Shown piece after piece: positions 61,444 to 64,000 of a stretch of DNA of 64,000 nucleotides; the first letter of the stretch is position 1, and each line of letters opens with the position of its first letter. The position numbers and the translations under genes are program-made. The notes under the pieces are model-generated. The model worked only from the letters and a program-made list of their open reading frames with translations. It was not told the DNA's origin and did no database searches. Origin of the DNA: Ruminococcus sp. Its GTDB lineage: Bacteria; Bacillota; Clostridia; Oscillospirales; Ruminococcaceae. The DNA lies in the NCBI GenBank assembly GCA_017542475.1, contig JAFXXD010000024.1:1097-65096 (forward strand), given 5' to 3'.

Positions 61444-61966
61444 GATAATAAACATAATCGCAACAGTATTCGTTGCTTCTACTTTCTTTGCTATGGCTGT
61501 CGGAAGCGGAACAAGCTCCGATACGGCAAGCAAGGTCGGCGAGGTTTCGGGTTCTTCAAAATCCGATTCTTCTGCTGAGGCAAATACCAAAACTCAATAT
61601 GTTGCAGGTGATGTAATCGAAACAAAGAGCCTGAGAATATCCTATTTATCATGCGGTGTATATTCGGGCTATGACCAATTCACTGCTCCAAAAGACGGGA
61701 ATAAAATCATTTACTGTGAATTTGAGTTTGAAAACACTTCGAATTCAGACAAATTTGTAAGCTCCTTTGATTTTAACTGTTTTGCAGACGATAACAGCTG
61801 TGATGAATACATCTGGGCGAATGATAATCTGAGCGCCACAATTTCAGCAGGAAGAAAAGCAAAAGGAAAGGTTTATTACGAGGTACCTGCAAATGCGGGA
61901 AATGTTGAAATAGAATTTGATAGCAGTCTGCTTTCATCAAATAAAATAATATTCTTGTATAAATAA
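61430..61966 (+). CDS. Exported Ser-rich protein with an Ig-like (DUF4352/DUF5067-like) domain
   Basis: N-terminal hydrophobic helix, Ser-rich linker, EFEFENTS, F.CFADD, ATISAGRKAKG.VYYEVP; family call is tentative. Confidence 0.8.
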   Translation: MKNNKIINIIATVFVASTFFAMAVGSGTSSDTASKVGEVSGSSKSDSSAEANTKTQYVAGDVIETKSLRISYLSCGVYSGYDQFTAPKDGNKIIYCEFEFENTSNSDKFVSSFDFNCFADDNSCDEYIWANDNLSATISAGRKAKGKVYYEVPANAGNVEIEFDSSLLSSNKIIFLYK

Positions 61967-62374
61967 CATTAAAGGGGTGGATTAAGGGGAGCCCCCTTTG
62001 GCGGATTCGCAGGTTACCGATTATGTGCCGTTAGTTTACGGCACGGTAGCCCGCATTTTCCGCTAAGGGAAGCAACCTAAATCCGCCCCTTTTTGCTAAA
62101 CGTCGCGGAATTGGCGGAATACTGCGGGCGGCGGAATTCCGCCCCCCGCATCAGAGTGCCGAGCTCTCATTCGCTATTATCGCCAAAACACCCGTTCTAT
62201 TTTTGTGTAATTGCGGGATTTTCGCAGTCAGGCGAACTCTTTTTTTGTTCGCGGTTTGACATTCGGGGCGAAATATGGTATCATACTACTTGTAGTGACT
62301 GACGCGGATACACATAAAACAGGCTGTCAGTCACCGACAAAGGGGAAAATACCTACTGTCAGGAGTTATATATA

Positions 62375-63928
62375 ATGAACAGGATAATAAAAAAAGCGGC
62401 GGCTATGCTGCTTGCCGCGGTTATGATAGCTGCAGTCCCGAGCTGCGTAAAGCCCCGCACGTCAAGTGCGGAGGGAGCTGTATCGGCGGTATGGCCCGTC
62501 GATAAGTCGTATCAGAAGATCACCACCTATTTCGACCCGCTGAGAAACGAAAGCGACGCCTCGGGCTACCACAACGCCATCGACATCGAAGCCGCCTACG
62601 GCACAAATGTGTTCGCGGCTTATCCCGGAAAGTGCATTTCCTCGGACTGGATGGATGCCTACGGCAATATGGTGATCCTCTATCACGAGGAATTGGGCGT
62701 CTACACCTTCTACGCGCACTGCTCGTCCGTGGAGGTATCCGCGGGACAGGCTGTTTCGGGCGGCGACATCATAGGTCACGTCGGCAGTACGGGTCAGTCA
62801 AGCGGCAATCATCTCCACTTCGGCATATGCGACAAGCTCCTCAGCGGCTGGCCGTGCAGGACTTATTACGACCCGCTCACCTACTTCACGTATGACAGCG
62901 TAGCTATCGCGAATCCGAACGCTACACCCGCAGAGGCGGCTCCTGCGTGCAGCTGTACCGCGGAATATGCGGGAACATACACCACCAAGGGCGTCACCAC
63001 CTACCTCAACATAAGAGCGGGACACGGTGCTGATACCGCTGCCCGCGGACAGATACCCGCAAACGCGCAGTTCACCGTCACCAAGGCGGACGGCAAGTGG
63101 GCTCACGTTGAGTACAACGGCGTAAGCGGCTGTGTTTCTATGGAGTACATCCAGAAGGTGGAGAGCGCTCCTGCGGGCTGTGACTGCTCTGAGAGCTATG
63201 CGGGCACATACACTACCAAGGGCGTTACCACCTACCTCAACATAAGAGAGGGTCACAGCGCGGACACCGCCGCAGTCGGACAGATACCCCCCGATGCCAG
63301 ATTCGAGGTCTCCAAGGCAGACGGCAAGTGGGCGCACGTCGCATATAACGGTGTAAGCGGCTGCGTTTCCATGGATTACATCCAGAAGGTCGAGACGGTC
63401 GAATCGAAAATGACTATCGCAGACCAGACTGCTCCCGCCGCCTCTGTAACGGTCGGCTCAAAGTTCGAGATAAAGGGCGTTATCACGTCGAATCTCACCA
63501 TTGCGAAGGTTCGCGGCGGCGTGTACAAGAAGGCTGATATGAGCGAGGTGCAGGTCACTGAGGCTGCTCCGAATTCGGTCAGGTACGACCTTTCGAGCGG
63601 ATTCGGCGGCAAGATAGATATCAGCAAGCTCGCCGAGGAGGTCTACATATACAAGATTGAAGCCGAGGATACAAGCGGCGGCAAGTATACGCTCATCAAC
63701 TCGGAATTCACCGTAGTCAAGGCAGCAGTCACCACAGGCGACCTCAACTCCGATACGAAGATCACTATTTCCGACGCGGTACTGCTCCAGAATTATCTGC
63801 TCGGCGCGGGCAAATTCACCGAGCAGCAGTTCAATGCTGCGGATATGAACGGCGACAAGTCCGTGGATATGTTCGATATGATACTGATGCGCAGGAAGCT
63901 CGTAGAGGCGGGCGAAAAGAGCGCGTAA
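62375..63928 (+). CDS. M23 peptidase - 2x SH3b - dockerin lipoprotein
   Basis: Lipobox-like AAVPSC; HNAID and GNHLHF Zn motifs; two LNIR.GH...GKW.HV.YNG repeats; GDLNSDTKITISDAV...ADMNGD dockerin; promoter TTGACA-17-TATCAT at 62256-62284. Confidence 0.88.
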   Translation: MNRIIKKAAAMLLAAVMIAAVPSCVKPRTSSAEGAVSAVWPVDKSYQKITTYFDPLRNESDASGYHNAIDIEAAYGTNVFAAYPGKCISSDWMDAYGNMVILYHEELGVYTFYAHCSSVEVSAGQAVSGGDIIGHVGSTGQSSGNHLHFGICDKLLSGWPCRTYYDPLTYFTYDSVAIANPNATPAEAAPACSCTAEYAGTYTTKGVTTYLNIRAGHGADTAARGQIPANAQFTVTKADGKWAHVEYNGVSGCVSMEYIQKVESAPAGCDCSESYAGTYTTKGVTTYLNIREGHSADTAAVGQIPPDARFEVSKADGKWAHVAYNGVSGCVSMDYIQKVETVESKMTIADQTAPAASVTVGSKFEIKGVITSNLTIAKVRGGVYKKADMSEVQVTEAAPNSVRYDLSSGFGGKIDISKLAEEVYIYKIEAEDTSGGKYTLINSEFTVVKAAVTTGDLNSDTKITISDAVLLQNYLLGAGKFTEQQFNAADMNGDKSVDMFDMILMRRKLVEAGEKSA

Positions 63929-63958
63929 TGCTTTCGCTGCGAAAATACGAAAAATAAC

Positions 63959-63999
63959 CGCGGAAAGGACATTTTCTGAAGAAATGTTCCTTTCCGCGG
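63959..63999 (+). terminator. Hairpin after the M23 gene
   Basis: ccgcggaaaggacattt...aaatgttcctttccgcgg; cut off by the window end. Confidence 0.6.
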
Positions 64000-64000
64000 T

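Noticed and set aside
62290-62374. Riboswitch in the M23 gene leader (hairpin gtgactgac...gtcagtcac)
   Set aside because: I could not match c-di-AMP, c-di-GMP or other known aptamer consensus, and there is no terminator; an Rfam scan would settle it.

Overview
A 64-kb stretch of mostly core chromosome from a cellulosome-producing Clostridia bacterium, most likely Ruminococcus-like (dockerin-bearing enzymes, yabP/yabQ, ylxM-ffh-rpsP-khpA). Left to right it holds: secF/secD; an F1Fo ATP synthase operon with delta fused in frame to alpha and two tandem atpE copies; a GDP-D-rhamnose glycan operon (priming glycosyltransferase, manC, gmd, rmd, two GT4) interleaved with three small unknown genes; an LTA-synthase/sulfatase-like protein; yabP-yabQ-divIC-S1; secG-rnr; three paralogous lipoproteins; feoB; a heterodimeric ABC exporter; citrate synthase; a deaminase; an aldose epimerase; a two-component system; Nudix; LysR; the SRP/S16 cluster; ppk1 with a histone-like tail; pssA; a GH5-CBM22-CE3-dockerin enzyme; a TetR/MMPL/heptad-repeat module; a parS site; an AT-rich islet with a frameshifted gene; and an M23-SH3-SH3-dockerin lipoprotein. 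Intergenic DNA carries three repeat systems: about 35 GTAG-type REP palindromes, four copies of a 63-nt head followed by variable hairpin modules, and heptamer arrays. There is also a promoter-terminator unit that looks like an unannotated sRNA. No CRISPR array, rRNA, tRNA, transposase or integrase was seen. Products were assigned by motif recognition only, without database searches.
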